A stretch of 63,300 nt of DNA, counting the filler, from Chiloscyllium plagiosum (lineage: Eukaryota): NCBI RefSeq assembly GCF_004010195.1. It is 3 parts of one record of this genome, joined end to end, with 100 filler letters (N's around TTAATTAATTAA, not from the genome) between each part and the next. Parts side by side here need not be neighbours in the genome. Positions count along the whole stretch, not along the records: positions 1 to 28,928 come from NC_057716.1; 2 more parts are not named here. One strand, given 5' to 3'. A program made the translations under genes and the position numbers. Numbering within the stretch: position 1 is the stretch's first letter; the number at the start of each line of letters is the position of its first letter. Positions 11,654 through 24,300 of the stretch are shown here, in pieces. The notes under the pieces are model-generated. The model was not told the DNA's origin. It was given only the letters and a program-made list of their open reading frames with translations, and did not search any database.

Positions 11654-11962
11654 CAGTCTGTGACTCACTCCTGGGTATCTGTTATTCTGTATATAAACCA
11701 CCCAAACCCCTCGATTAGGTTCCAGTCTGTGACTCACACCAGGATATCTGTTATTCTGTATATAAACCACCCAAACCCCTTGATTAGGTTCCAGTCTGTG
11801 ACTCACACCCGTATATCTGTTATTCTGTATATAAACCACCCAAACCCCTCGACTAGATTTCAGTCTGTAACTCACTCCCAGGGATCTGTCATTCTATATA
11901 TAAACCATCCTGAACCCCTCGAGTAGATTGCAAATCTGTAACTCACTCCCAGGGATCTGTTA
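11654..11962. repeat. 69-bp tandem repeat, about 4.5 copies, overlapping an SLC4A3 splice donor
   Basis: Units start at 11654, 11723, 11792, 11861 and 11931. Confidence 0.92.
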
Positions 11963-12230
11963 CTCGATGTATCAGCTTTCGGTGGATCGTGCGTATCCTC
12001 ATTTCCTGATAGATCCCTGTCCTGTGTTTCCACCTCCGAAGGCTCTTCCTCCTCCTCATCCACTTCCTGGATGGTGGGCGTGCCCTCTGATGGAGGAACT
12101 GAAGTCTTTTTCTTTTTCCTCCTCTTCTTCTTCGTGCGTTCTGGGCGAGGGAGCTTCCTCCTGTGGCGTGTGTGGTGTGGCAGGTGAGTAGAGAGCGGGT
12201 GGTGAATGTGATGTGACGTGTGTCGATGAT
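11947..12230 (-). CDS. SLC4A3: SLC4A3 coding exon (HRHTSHHIHHPLSTHLP...KKKTSVPPSEGTPTIQEVDEEEEE...)
   Basis: His-rich AE2/AE3 motif and AE3-type TSxPPSEGTPxIQE. ctag acceptor and GGA|gtgagt donor; 284 bp, phase 1 to 0. Confidence 0.9.
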
Positions 12231-13337
12231 CTAGGGATTACACACAGTGACACTGAGTGTGACAGGGTGGAGAATTGAAGCCAACAGCAAAACTGGAGCC
12301 TGTTTGCCTTTCTGCTCACACAGAGCAACCCCCAACCTACCTCATCTCACTCCACCCACAACTGTATAGTAACACAAAAAGGTCATTGAGCCTGCACCCC
12401 CATTCAATATGACTATCTGATCATCCAAGTCATTCCCCTGTTCCTGCTTTCTCCCCCATACCCTTTGCTCCCTTTAGCCCTAAGAACTATACCTAACACC
12501 TTCTTGAAAAAAATTAATATTTTGGTCTCAAGCGCTTTCTGTGACAGAGAACTCCACAGGCTCCCCACTCTGTGGGTGAAGACATTTCTCCTCATCTTAG
12601 TCTAAAACGCATCCTTGAACTGTGACCCCTGATTCTGGACTCCCTAGTCACTGGGACCATCTTCCTGTGTTTAGCCTGTCTAGTCACATTAGAATTTTAT
12701 GGGTATACATGACATTCCCCCTCATTCTTCAAAACTCCAGTGAATATAATTCCAGGAGAAAGTGAAGACTATGGATGCTGGAGATCAGAGTTAAAAAGTG
12801 TGGTGCTGGAAACGTACAGCAGGTCAGGCAGCATCTGAGGAGCAGGAGAATTGAGGTTTTGGGCATAAGCCCTTCATCAGGTATTCCCAAAACCTCAATT
12901 CTCCTGAATATAGTTCGACCGTCACCAATCCCATCCCTGTTTCTACATTAGACCTGCCATCCCAGGAATCAGATTCTCCGATCCTTTCATACTAGTAAGG
13001 GTTGTGTTGGAGTAATTGAGGGAAAACTGTTTTCAGAAATGGGATTGTATGTGACCAGAGGTTCAATTAAATTAAAACCGTTGGCAAAAAGTTAAGGGGT
13101 TAATCTTTTCTCATAGCGAGTTCTTGTAGCCTGGGGGGTGCTTGTTGAAAGAGTGATGGAAAACAATTGAACGGGAACTTTCCAAAGGGGGAGTTGGAGA
13201 AATATGTATAAGTGACAAACCTCCAAGGCTATGGAGTAAATAGCAAGAGGTATGCAAATGATTGGATGTATCCTTCAAAGAGCTGGCACAGACTCAACTG
13301 GTGAATGGCCTCCCTCTATAAGACTGTAAGGAGTAGC

Positions 13338-13941
13338 TGGATGTAGGTTTGCTCACTGAGCTGGGAGGTTCATTTCCAGACGTTTCATCACCTTACTAGG
13401 TAACATCTTCAGTGGGCCTCAGGCGAAGCAGCGTACATGATTCCTGCTTTCTATTTGTATGTTTGGGTTTCTTTGGGTTGGTGATGTTATTTCCTGTGGT
13501 GACGTCATTTCCTGTTCTTTTTCTCAGGGAGTGGTAGATGGGGTCTAACTTGATGTGCTTGTTGATGGAGTTCCGGTTGGAATGCCATGCTTCCAGGAAT
13601 TCTCGTGCGTGTCTCTGTTTGGCTTGTCCGAGGATGGATGTGTTGTCCCAGTCAAAGTGGTATCCTTCCTTATCTGTATGTGAGGATACTAGTGAGAGAG
13701 GGTCATGCCGTTTTCTGGCTAGTTGGTGTTCATGTATCCTGGTGGCTAGTTTTCTGCCTGTTTGTCCAATGTAGTGTTTGTTACAGTCCTTGCAAGGTAT
13801 TTTGTAAATGACATTAGTTTTGTTGTTGTCTGTACACGGTTCTTTCAAGTTCATTAGCTGCTGTTTTAGTGTGTTGGTGGGTTTGTGGGCTACCGTGATG
13901 CCAAAGAGTCTGAGTAGTCTGACAGTCATTTCTGAGATGAC
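13338..13941 (-). mobile_element. Penelope-like element 3' fragment (Poseidon/Penelope-type GIY-YIG) with terminal repeat
   Basis: VIYKIPCKDCNKHYIGQTGRKLATRIHEH...AREFLEAWHS. The terminus carries a hammerhead-like core, CTGAAGA-TGTTACC-TAGTAA-GGTGAT-GAAAC. Confidence 0.88.
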
Positions 13942-13961
13942 CAACTAGCCACAAAAACGAC

Positions 13962-14955
13962 ATGACCCCAGGGAACTATAGACTGGTGAGCCTATCCTCA
14001 GTGGTGGGCAAGTTGTTGGAGGTAATCCAGAGGGACAGGATGTACATATATTTGGAAAGGCATGGACTGATTAGGGATAGTCAACATGGCTTTGTGCGTG
14101 GGAAATCATGTCTCACAAACTTGATTGAGTTTTTTGAAGAAGTAAAAAAGAAGATCGATGAGGGAAGAGCAGTAGATGTGATCTATTGGACTTCAGTAAG
14201 GCGTTCAATAAGGTTCCCATGGGAGACTGGTTAGCAAGGTTAGATCTCATGGAATACAGGGTGAACTAACCGTTTGGATACAAAACTGGCTCAAAGGTAG
14301 AAGACAGAGGGTGGTGGTGGAGGGTTGTTTTTCAGACTGGAGACCTGTGACCAGTGGAGTGCCACAAGGATCGGTGCTGGGTCCTCTACTTTTTGTCATT
14401 TCCATAAATCATTTGGATGTGAGCATAAAAGGTACAGTTAGTAAGTTTGCAGATGACACCAAAATTTGAAGGTGGTGCTAGGGAGAGGCTATAGCTCAAA
14501 TCCTCCAACCCTGGCAACATCCTTGTAAATCTTTTCTGAACCCTTTCAAGTTTCACAACATCTTTCCAATAGGAAGGAGACCAGAATTACATGCACTATT
14601 CTAACAGCGGCCTAACCAATGTCCTGTACAGCCTCTACATAACCTCCCAATTCCTGTACTCAATACTCTGACCAATAAAGGAAAGCATACCAAACGTCTT
14701 CTTCACTGTCCTATCTACCTGCGACTCCACTTTCAAGGAGCTATGAACCTGCACTCCAAGGTCACTTTGTTCAGCAACACTCCCTAGGACCTTACCATTA
14801 AGTGTATAAGTCCTGCTAAGATTTGCTTTCCCAAAATGCAGCACCTCGTATTTATCTGAATTAAACTCCATCTGCCACTCCTCAGCCCATTGGCCCATCT
14901 GGTCCAGATCCTGTTGTAATCTGAGGTAACTCTCTTCACTGTCCACTACACCTCC
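13962..14955. mobile_element. CR1 LINE fragment split into oppositely oriented halves
   Basis: Plus-strand part runs PGNYR...FADDTK to about 14467; the minus-strand part resumes at GGVVDSEE (14955 towards 14490). Confidence 0.8.
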
Positions 14956-15062
14956 AGCGAGGCTGGGTAAAGATGGTTTAGTCTAACAGACTGGTCATAA
15001 AATAATTTGCAAATAGGCCCACCCCGACAGGCACACGCTCTGGCAAACACACTTGCACTTAC

Positions 15063-15216
15063 ATTCAAAATCCTTCTCGTTGTAGGTTCGCTCAGGTTCC
15101 CGTGCAGGGCGTTCACTGACCAGGTCACTTAAACGCTCAATGCCCAGCAACTTATCCAGCTCTTCGTCCTCCTCCTCTTCCTCTTCCACGTTTGGCTTCT
15201 CGGTCTCATCTTCGAC
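15063..15216 (-). CDS. SLC4A3: SLC4A3 (AE3) coding exon, first one visible (VEDETEKPNVEEEEEEDEELDKLLGIERLSDLVSERPAREPERTYNEKDFE)
   Basis: gcag acceptor and T|gtaagt donor; 154 bp, phase 0 to 1. Resembles the AE3 N-terminal acidic and 'ERDFE' segment; joins the next exon as E-Y-H-R-H-T-S-H-H. Confidence 0.88.
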
Positions 15217-15561
15217 CTGCAAACAGGAATGGTGGCAGCAGCTCACTGTAGGGATCATAATCACCTCAGTCACCATTGCTTAGTGCACAGCCTCCACAGT
15301 GAGCACGGCTGACACAATCAACACTTGCACGCCTGTGTTTGGGAACCATTGCACACCCAGTAATGGAGTCACACAGCACAGAGGAGGCCCTTTGACCAAT
15401 CAATCTGTGCTGACATGTATACACGAATCCCACTTTCTACAACTTGCCCCATAGCACTTGACATTTCAAGTGCTCATTCACACCACACAAATGCTGGGCT
15501 ATGACCATCTCCAATAAGAGACAATCTAGCAACCAATGGTGTCACCATCACTGAATCTCCC

Positions 15562-16263
15562 TGTTATGAAGATGTGGGTGCACTTTAAGAGAGTTAAAAG
15601 CAGCAGAACTACCGGACACAGCACCAAGTGTTCTCAATAAGGCAACAATGTATGCAACACGTGGTCGAACAACTCGATTAGCCCGTTGCCTAAACACACA
15701 CACACATTTGGCCAAACAGCTTAAATTTTACCCTGAAAATATATCAAACTCCAATCCCGTTTGAATTGAATATATTGACAATCTTAAAATCCAATGATAC
15801 AATCTCATGCTTTGGGGGGGTATAAGACTGGGAAGAATTGAACAGTTGAGAGGAGAACTGACAAGCCACCAGCATGTAAACAGACTGCCTGAAAATAGCT
15901 CTCTTAAAAGTATCTTTTTGATCAGTAACCTGTGACGTAGAAATTCCTAAGAAGAAAAGAAGACACAGGAAGATCCGAATAGAAGAACGAAAGCTGTCTG
16001 GTTTTGAGATAAGAAATGTGGTTTTGTAAATCTTAATTGGGAGTTTAATCAGACTCGTATTATAGAAGGGAAGGTAACAGATAGGTTAGAGTAAGGAATG
16101 GTAAATAGTGGTTAGTTAATGATTCTCTGTTATATTGAAGAAATAAACTTTTACTTGAAATAGTTATTGGCCACTCAAATCTTTACAGATTACTGCATGG
16201 GATAAATATTTTCTGTGTTGCTGGTTTTAAATTAAGCAAGAGGGTTTACCCCGTGTTGTAACA
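15562..16263 (+). repeat. 5' LTR of Gmr1-like element 1
   Basis: TG...CA termini; its 3' part (about 430 bp) is repeated at about 20470-20907. Confidence 0.9.
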
Positions 16264-16266
16264 GTT

Positions 16267-16286
16267 TGGGGGCTCGGGTCCATGAT
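16267..16286 (+). promoter_or_regulatory. Primer-binding site (tRNA-Pro type, degenerate)
   Basis: TGGGGGCTCGGGTCCATGAT 3 nt after the LTR, compared with the tRNA-Pro PBS TGGGGGCTCGTCCGGGAT. Confidence 0.75.
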
Positions 16287-18255
16287 TTGAACTGGTTTAG
16301 GCAGATTCGAATAGATTTGGGGGTACAAAAGGTCCCAGCAGATTTAAACACTTGCAGGTTAGTATCCCAGATCTTTAAATAAAACGTAGGTGAGACAATT
16401 TGTTTAATTTCAATGATTTTCAATTAAATTAAATTAAAATTGAGAGAAATGACTCTTAAAATTGCTAAAGAGGTTCTGGGATTTGAAAATGATTCTCAGA
16501 TTTGCCAAGAAAGTTTAGAAGGAAAGAAAAAGGCCACACTTTTAGAATTAGCAAAGATGTTAGATTTAGGTTTAACCAAGGACAAAACTAAAGCTGAAAT
16601 AGTGAGGGAGTTACTCAAGCACTTAGGTGTGTCAGAAAAACAATCAAGTGCAGCAGAGGTAGGAAAGCTTAAATTACAATTGAGGCAAATGGAGTTAGAA
16701 GATAAACAAAGGGCGAGAGGAGGGAGAGAGGATAAAGAGAGAGAGCGAAGGTTCTTGGCTGAGCAAAGAGAAAACAAAGGGAGAGAGAAAGAGAGGGAAT
16801 TTGAACTTGAGAAGTTGCAACTTAGTCAGCAAAGTCAAGTTAACAGGATGGAGATTAAAAGAGAAGGTAGTGATATATATGTATGTGTGTGTATATATAT
16901 ATAAATATGTCAAAACTTTGCCACATTTTAATAAGAAGGATGATAAAGCCTTCATTATATCATTTGAAAAATTGGCTAGGCAGATGGAGTGGTCTGAGGA
17001 TTTATGGGTAATGCTAGTTCAGACTAAACTGGTAGGCAGAGCTAGTGAGGTATTTGCAGCACTGTCAGATGAGGGATCAAGAGATTATGAAGAGGTTGAA
17101 TAGGCTATTTTAAGTGCTTATGAATTGGTACAGAAGCATATAGACAGTGGTTCAGAAACACAAAGAAGGAATCAAGTCAGACAGATGTTGAGTTTGAAAG
17201 AATTAAACATAGTAATTTCGATCGATGGGTGTGTGCTTTGAAAATAGATCGGGCCTTTGAGGCTCTAAGAGAGATTATTTTGCTGGAGGAGATTAAAAAC
17301 TCACTTCCAGCAATGGTAAGAATTCACGTGGAGGAACAGAAAGTTCAGGAAGTGAGAAGGGCAGCAGAATTAGCAGACAAGTACATGTTGGTGCATAAGA
17401 CAAGCTTCCGGCCAGAGTTTCATCCTGTGGGGGATAGAAGTTGGGAGAAGGGGAGATCCTACTCTACTAAACCCAGAGCAGAGAGCACTGGGAAGAATTT
17501 ACCGCAGGATAAAAAAGAAGCCCAAGAGGGTGGAAAGGAGGTGAAAGGCCTCAGGTGTTTTCACTGCGGTAAAGTGGGATACGTAAAGACACAGTGTTGG
17601 TCGTTAAAGAAAGGCATTGTGGGAAAAGATGTGGTAAAAGAAGCTAAGCCAGTGGCATTAGTGACAGTAGTAAAGGAGACCCCAAGGAGAGCTGAGGAGC
17701 TGCAGGAGAGTGCACAGCCTAGGCCAGGGCTGGGTATGGAGTTAGTACCTGATCTCTACAAAGAATTTGTCTCTGTGGGTAAAGTTTACTCAGAAAGAAC
17801 AGGACGCGAAGGACAAAAAGTTATAATTTTGAGAGATACAGGATCTAACCAGTCACTGATATAAGGGATGAGCGAATGTGCATTCTTTCTGATCCGTTAC
17901 CTGAGAGTGTGGTAATTTGTGGGATAGATGGACAGAAATTTAGCGTTCTCCTATGCAAGATCAGGTTGGAGTGCCAACTCAAGACTGAGGGAAGTTCCAG
18001 TGGGAGTGATTGACAGAGTGTCAGTTCCAGGAATTCAGTTTGTTGTTGGGAATGATTTAACAGGGTCCAAGGTGGGAGTGACACCCCTTGTTGTGGAGAA
18101 GCCCAGGAAATGGAGGAATTAAAACAGAAATATCCTGATATTTTCCCAGACTGTGTAGTAACCAGATCCCACGATCATAAGTCACAGCATGAAGTGAAAA
18201 GTAAAGAAAAAGATGAAGGAGTTGAGGGTTGGTTAGCAGACACCCTGTTTGATGT

Positions 18256-18484
18256 CAAAAGAGAAAATGCTGGAAAATCTCAGCAGGTCTGGCAGCATCT
18301 GTAAGGAGAGAAAAGAGCTGACATTTCGAGTCTAACTGACCCTTTTTCAAAGCTTTGGCAAAGGGTCAGTTAGACTCGAAACGTCAGCTCTATTCTCTCC
18401 TTACAGATGCTGCCAGACCTGCTGAGATTTTCCAGCATTTTCTCTTTTGGTTTCAGATTCCAGCATCCGCAGTAATTTGCTTTT
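18256..18484. mobile_element. Family D palindromic element nested in Gypsy pol
   Basis: Near-perfect inverted arms centred on AAAGCTTT, with GGGTCAGTTAGACTCGAAACGTC. Imperfect 14-bp TSD ACCCTGTYTGAYGT at 18242-18255 and 18485-18498. Confidence 0.72.
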
Positions 18485-21374
18485 ACCCTGTCTGACGTAA
18501 TGGTGCAGGAAAAACCTGGACAGGGCAGAGGGTCAGACAGAAGTGTTTAGTCCTGAAAGGCTAACAGACTTGCAACAGCAAGACAAGATGATAAAAGATA
18601 TATATGTGGATGCGTACTCTGAAAAGGAGGCAGAGAATATTCCGGAGGGTTATTATCTGAAAGATTGAATCCTCAGACGGAAATGGACACCACGGCGGGT
18701 TAGTGTAGAGGAGAAATGGACTGAAGTGCAGCAGATTGTGTTGTCAGTAGCAGACAGACAGGAGGTGTTACAGGTAACACATGAACTACCTGTAGGAGGT
18801 CACTGAGGGGTATGAAAGACTCAGGCTAAGGTACAGAAACATGCACAAGGATGTGGTTGACTTTTGCCGTACATATCATACATGCCAAATGGTAGGTCAG
18901 CCACAGGCGGTAATAAAACCAGTACCTTTGTTGCCAATTCCCACATTTGACACGGGTTATAATTGATTGTGTAGCTCCCCTCCCAAGAACTAAACGTGGG
19001 AACCAGTACTTGCTAACCATAATGGATGTGTCTCCCAGAATTCCGGAGGCAATTCCATTACAGAGTATCAAAGCAAAAAGCATAGCAGAAGAGTTAGTAG
19101 CTTTCTTCACATGTTATGGGCTACCCAGAAAGATTCAGTTAGACCAAGGGTCACATTTTACTGCTAGGCTGTTTAAGAAGGTGATGGATAGATTAGGTAT
19201 ACAGCACTTTAGATCCAGTGGGTATCATCCTGAATCCCAGGGAGCTTTAGAAAGGTGACATCAGACCCTAAGACCATGTTGAGAGCGTACTGTCAGGATT
19301 ACCCGAATGATTGGGATAAGGGTATCCCATTCATAGTGTTTGCCATTAGAGATGCCCCAAATGAATCTACTCAGTTCACTCCCTTTGAGTTAATATTCGG
19401 GCATGAAGTGAGAGGCCCTTTGAAATAAATTGAAGAAAAATTGACAGGACCAAAATCGGAGATCTCACACTTAGATTATATATCAGAGGGAGGGAGAGGG
19501 AGAGATTAAATCAAGTAGGTGAGTTAGCTAAACAGCACCTAATGAGGGCACAGTGTAGCGTGAAGTAGGTTGTAGATAAAAGCTCTGAGACATGGACATT
19601 TTCCCAAGGGGATGATGTGTCAGTACTGTTACCAGTGATAGGAGATCCTTCAAAGGCAGGTTTAGTGGTCCTTATCAAATTGAGAAAAAGTTAAGTCAGG
19701 TGAACTATTTCGTGAAGATGCCAGATCGAAACAAATGGTATTGGGTATGTCATGTGACCATGTTGAAACCGTATTACACTAGAGAGAGAGAACTGGAGAA
19801 ACAGGTGTTAGTTACTGTCCCGCAGAGTGAGGAATCACATCCAGGCGATGTAGATTTTGAGGTGCCTCAAAATAGATTAAAAAAATGAAGAAGTCCTTGA
19901 GGAGTGGGATAGGTCAGTTAACTTTCTGTCTCAGGAGCATAGTGCGCAGTTGAAAGATTTGTTATTGCAGTATAGGACATATGTACGAATCAGATGGGGA
20001 GGACGAATACTATTGTACATGAAGTAAACGTAGAAAATACTAATCTGATAAAACAATACCCCTATCGGCTTAATCCTTTCAAAGCCAGACAGGTCCAGAT
20101 ATCCTTTCAAAGCCAGACAGGTCCAGATGGAGGTGGAGGCCATGCTCGACGAGAACATCATCGAATCAAGCCAGAGCGAGTGGGGTTCACTGATCGTCTT
20201 AGTCCCCAAACCGGATGGGGCTCAACGATTCTGTGTGGATTATTGGAAGGTTAACGCCGTTACAAAATCGGACTCATATCCAACTCCAAGATTGGAGGAC
20301 TGTGTGGAGAAAGTCGGACAAGCCAATGACATCACCAAGTTGGACTTAATGTGTGGTTACTGGCAGGTACCCTTATCAGAGCTGGTGAAAGAAATTTCTG
20401 TGCTTGTAACCCCTAATGGGCTATATCAGTTTAAACTGATATAGTCCATTTGGGGTTACAAACACAAAAATTGAACAGTTGAGAGGAGAACTGACAAGCC
20501 CAGCATGGAAACAGACTGGCTGAAAATAGCTCTCTTAAAAGTATCTTTTCAATCAGTAACCGGTGACTCAGAAATTCCTAAGAAGCAGAAAAGAAGACAC
20601 AGGAAGATCCAAATAGAAAAATGAAAGCTGCCTGGTTTTGCGATCTGAAATGTGGTTTTGTAAATCTTAATTGGGAGTTTTATCGGACTAGTATTATTGA
20701 AGGGAAGGTAACAGATAGGTTAGAGTAAGGAATGGTAAATAGTGGTTAGTTAACTATTCCTCTGTTGTACTTAAATAAATAAAGTTGTTAATTTTTACTT
20801 TAAGTAGTTTTTGGTCACTCAAATTTTTACAGATTACTGCACAGGATAAATCTTTCCTGTGTTGTTAGTTTTAAATCTAGCAGGAGGGTTTACCCCGTGT
20901 CATAACACTCCCACTGTCAATATCCTGTGGGTTACCATTGGACTGAAACTCACTGGTCCAGCCACATAAACACAACGGCTGCAAGAGCAGGTCAGAAGCT
21001 AGGAATCCTGCAGTGAGTAACTTGCCTCCTGACTCCCCAAAACTGTCCACCATCAAGGCACAAGTCAGGAGTGTGATGGAATACCCCCCACTTGCCTGGA
21101 TGGGTGCAGCTCCAACAACACTCAAGAAGCTTAACACCATCCAGGACTAAGCAGGCAGATTGATTGGCAACACATCCATAAACATCCATTCCCTCCACCA
21201 CTGATGCTCAGTAAAAGCAGTGTGTACTATCTACAGGATGAACTGCTGAAATTCATCAAAGATCCTCAGATCTTTCAAACCCACAGCCAATTCCATCTAG
21301 AAGGAAACATATGGCAACAGTACCACCTAAAACCACCAGTGAGTTGCACATAGAGAGCAAGGAGAGATCACATC

Positions 21375-24300
21375 TGCAACGTACAATGGACTAGGCCAGA
21401 CCACTCAAAACATTCTTAAGCAGGCAGCCTTAGACCTATCTTTGCAATTTAAGAATAGTAAGGGTATGGAATGCTTTGCCTGCAACGGTAGTAGATTCGC
21501 CAAGTTTAAGTGCATTTAAGTCATCATTGGACATGCATATGGACGTACATGGAATAGTGTAGGTGGGATGGGCTTCAGATTGGTATGACAGGTCGGCGCA
21601 ACATCGAGGGCCGAAGGGCCTGTACTGCGCTGTAATGGTCTATGTTCTAATTTTATTCGGTGAGTGTTCAGTAAAAATTACCCGGAGTAAGATAGCTAGG
21701 TTGACTGCCGCATTTTAAAACAGACAAAAAATGTACTCACAAAATTACACAATGAAACACAAGGAACACAATAAAGGACCCCTACAGAACTCAACCTATC
21801 CAGCTCGACTTAACTATACTGCTCTGAATGTACACAACAGTCCCTTTAAAACCCAGTACAAATGGAACACATGCTTACAGGTTGAAGTTGAAGGGCAGAA
21901 AAGAGCTAGAGTTTCCACACAGCTCCCTGTTGAACTTGCCAGTTCAAGACTGAACTAAAACAGCTCCGTTCAGCTAGAGAGCTGACCGCCCCCCCTCTCT
22001 TTATACAGGTCACTTCTAAAGCATGACCACTTTGGCCTGAAGTCTCATCTGTTTGCATCTCAAACTCCTTTTCATCTCTGTACCAAACCAGACTGATTGG
22101 AGTCCAGCCCGGTTTATTGATCCTCTGAAAAAAATCAAGGACTGAGTCTCCTTGAGCCAAGGAACAGTTTTTAGAAAAAAAGGGTTGACTTTGTGACACC
22201 TACCCCCTTAAAAAAAGTGAACCATCAATACCAAAAGATGGCATCATTTTTAACCCTTCAAAACCCCGGTTAGTATTTAAACACACATATACTCTATCCT
22301 AACGGGCAGCACGGTGGCTCAGCGGTTACTACTGCTGCCTCACAGCACCAGGGACCCAGGTTCAATTCCAGCCTCGGTCTGTGTGGAGTTTGCACATTCT
22401 CCCTGCGTCTGCGTGGTTTTCCTCCTGGTGCTCCGGTTTCCTCCCACAATTCAAAGCTGTGCAGGCCAGGTGAATTGGCCATGCTAAATTGCCCATAGTG
22501 TCAGGGGTAAATGTGGGGCAGGGGAATGAGTCTGGGTGAGTTGCTCTTCGGAGGGTCGGTGTGGACTTGTTGGGCTGAAGGCCCTGTTTCCATGCTGTAG
22601 GGAATCTAATCTAATCTAACTATAAACGTGCCAACATGCACAACTGCATGCAAATTCAGGCTGTAGCACACTCACCACCGAATGCCTCTGTATCTCATTC
22701 GAGTCTCAATAACGGATCGGTAATTACGTTTTCGCGACCTGCCACCTGCACAATTGCCAAACTGAACGGCTGAAATAACAAGCTCCATTGAAACAGACTG
22801 GCATTTTTGTCCTTACATTTTTCCACAGATGGCAATGGTTTATGATCAGTGTATACGATTGTCTCCGATGCATTGCTGGGAATATAAACACTGAAATGTT
22901 GGAATGCCAACACCAAGCTGAAAGTCTCTTTCTCCACCATTGAATATTTCCGTTGATGAATGTTCAACTTCCTGGAAAAATACCCGATGGATCTTTCTAT
23001 TCCCCCGTCTTCCTCGTGCAGGGGCACCGCACTGGCACCCACATCACTGTCAATAGCCACTTTGATAGGCTTCGTGTAATCCGCTGTGGCTAATACTGGG
23101 GCAGTGGTTAACACCTTTTTTAGGCTGTCAAATGCCTTTTTACAGTCCACTGTCCACTGAAACTTGGCCTCTTTTAACAATTTGCTGAGTGCAGCAGCTA
23201 AAGTTCAGTACAAACTTTTGATAAAATCCACTCAACCCCAGGAACTGTAGAATTGCGGACAGTGTGGGAAATTTCCCAATTACTTTCGCTTCACATCCCG
23301 TGGGGCCATTTGTCCGTATCCAATAACTTGGCCCAGGAAGGTGAGTTGGGCTTTGGCAAATTCACTTTTAGCCAGGTTTCCCACCAAGCCTGCCTTCCGA
23401 AGTCAATCGAACAAGTCAGATAAATGCTGTAAATGTTCCTTCCATGAGTCACTAAAAATCACCAGATCATCAATATACACCACATAGTTGGGTAATCTGG
23501 CAATGACCTTATTAGTCAGTCTCTGAAATGTGGCTGGAGCATTTTTCACACCAAATGGCATGACTTTGAACTGATATAGTCCATTTGGCGTTACGAAAGC
23601 TGAAATTGCCTTTGCTCTCTCTGACAGAGGGACTTACTAGTAGCCTCTGAACAAGTCCAACTTAGAAATGTAAGTTGCTTGCCCCACTTTGTTGACACAG
23701 TCCTCCAACCGTGGAATTGGATATGCATCAGTCTTTGTAACAGCGTTGATTTTGTGATAGTCCACACATAACCGTTGGTTTTGGCACCATGACTATGGGT
23801 GAGCTCCAGTCACTGTAACTCACTTTGATTATGCCATCTTGGAGCATGCGCGCTACCTCCTTCTGAAGCTGTGCCAACTTGAGAGGATTATGTCTATAAA
23901 GATGTTGCTTAATCGGAACAGCATCTCCTATCGCTACATCTTGTACAATTAGGTTAATACTTTCCAGTTTATTTCCACATATCTCTCCATGTGATAGTAA
24001 TAACTGTTTCAGGTCACTTTGATTTTCTTGTGGAAGGTAACTCAATAATTTATCCCAATTTTTGACAACTTCCTCATTGTCCAGTTTGATTTGCGGAATG
24101 CCCAAGTCAGAATCCTCTGAACGTGGTCCTTCCTTCTGTGCTGTAATCATTAACACCTTCTCCTCTTGCTTTCCTTTCCGATCAAAATACCTTTTGAGCA
24201 TATTCACATTGAGTCATAGAGATGTACAGCACGGAAACAGACCCTTCGGTCCAACCCGTCCATGCCGACCATCTAGTCCCACCTGCCAGCACCCGGCCCA

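Larger units (their letters stand above)
15562..20907 (+). mobile_element. Gmr1-like Ty3/Gypsy LTR retrotransposon 1 (decayed, internally deleted)
   Basis: 5' LTR 15562-16263 (TGTTATGA...TGTAACA) and partial 3' LTR about 20470-20907 (...TCATAACA), with TSD CTCCC at 15557-15561 and 20908-20912. Gag has a SCAN-like region and degenerate CCHC knuckle. Protease RDTGS, then integrase (DCVAPLP, DQGSHF, YHPESQGALER), then RT (FCVDYxKVN, LDLxxGYWQ). Confidence 0.92.

Noticed and set aside
9070..15216. Assignment to SLC4A2 rather than SLC4A3
   Set aside because: HRHTSHH, TSVPPSEGTP, YDLRER and AEAQML are AE3-type, and DNPEP linkage agrees, though some residues are AE2-like.
14995..15276. 93-aa ORF as a stand-alone gene or the SLC4A3 start
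   Set aside because: Only 15063-15216 is homologous and bounded by splice sites; the rest reads into introns.
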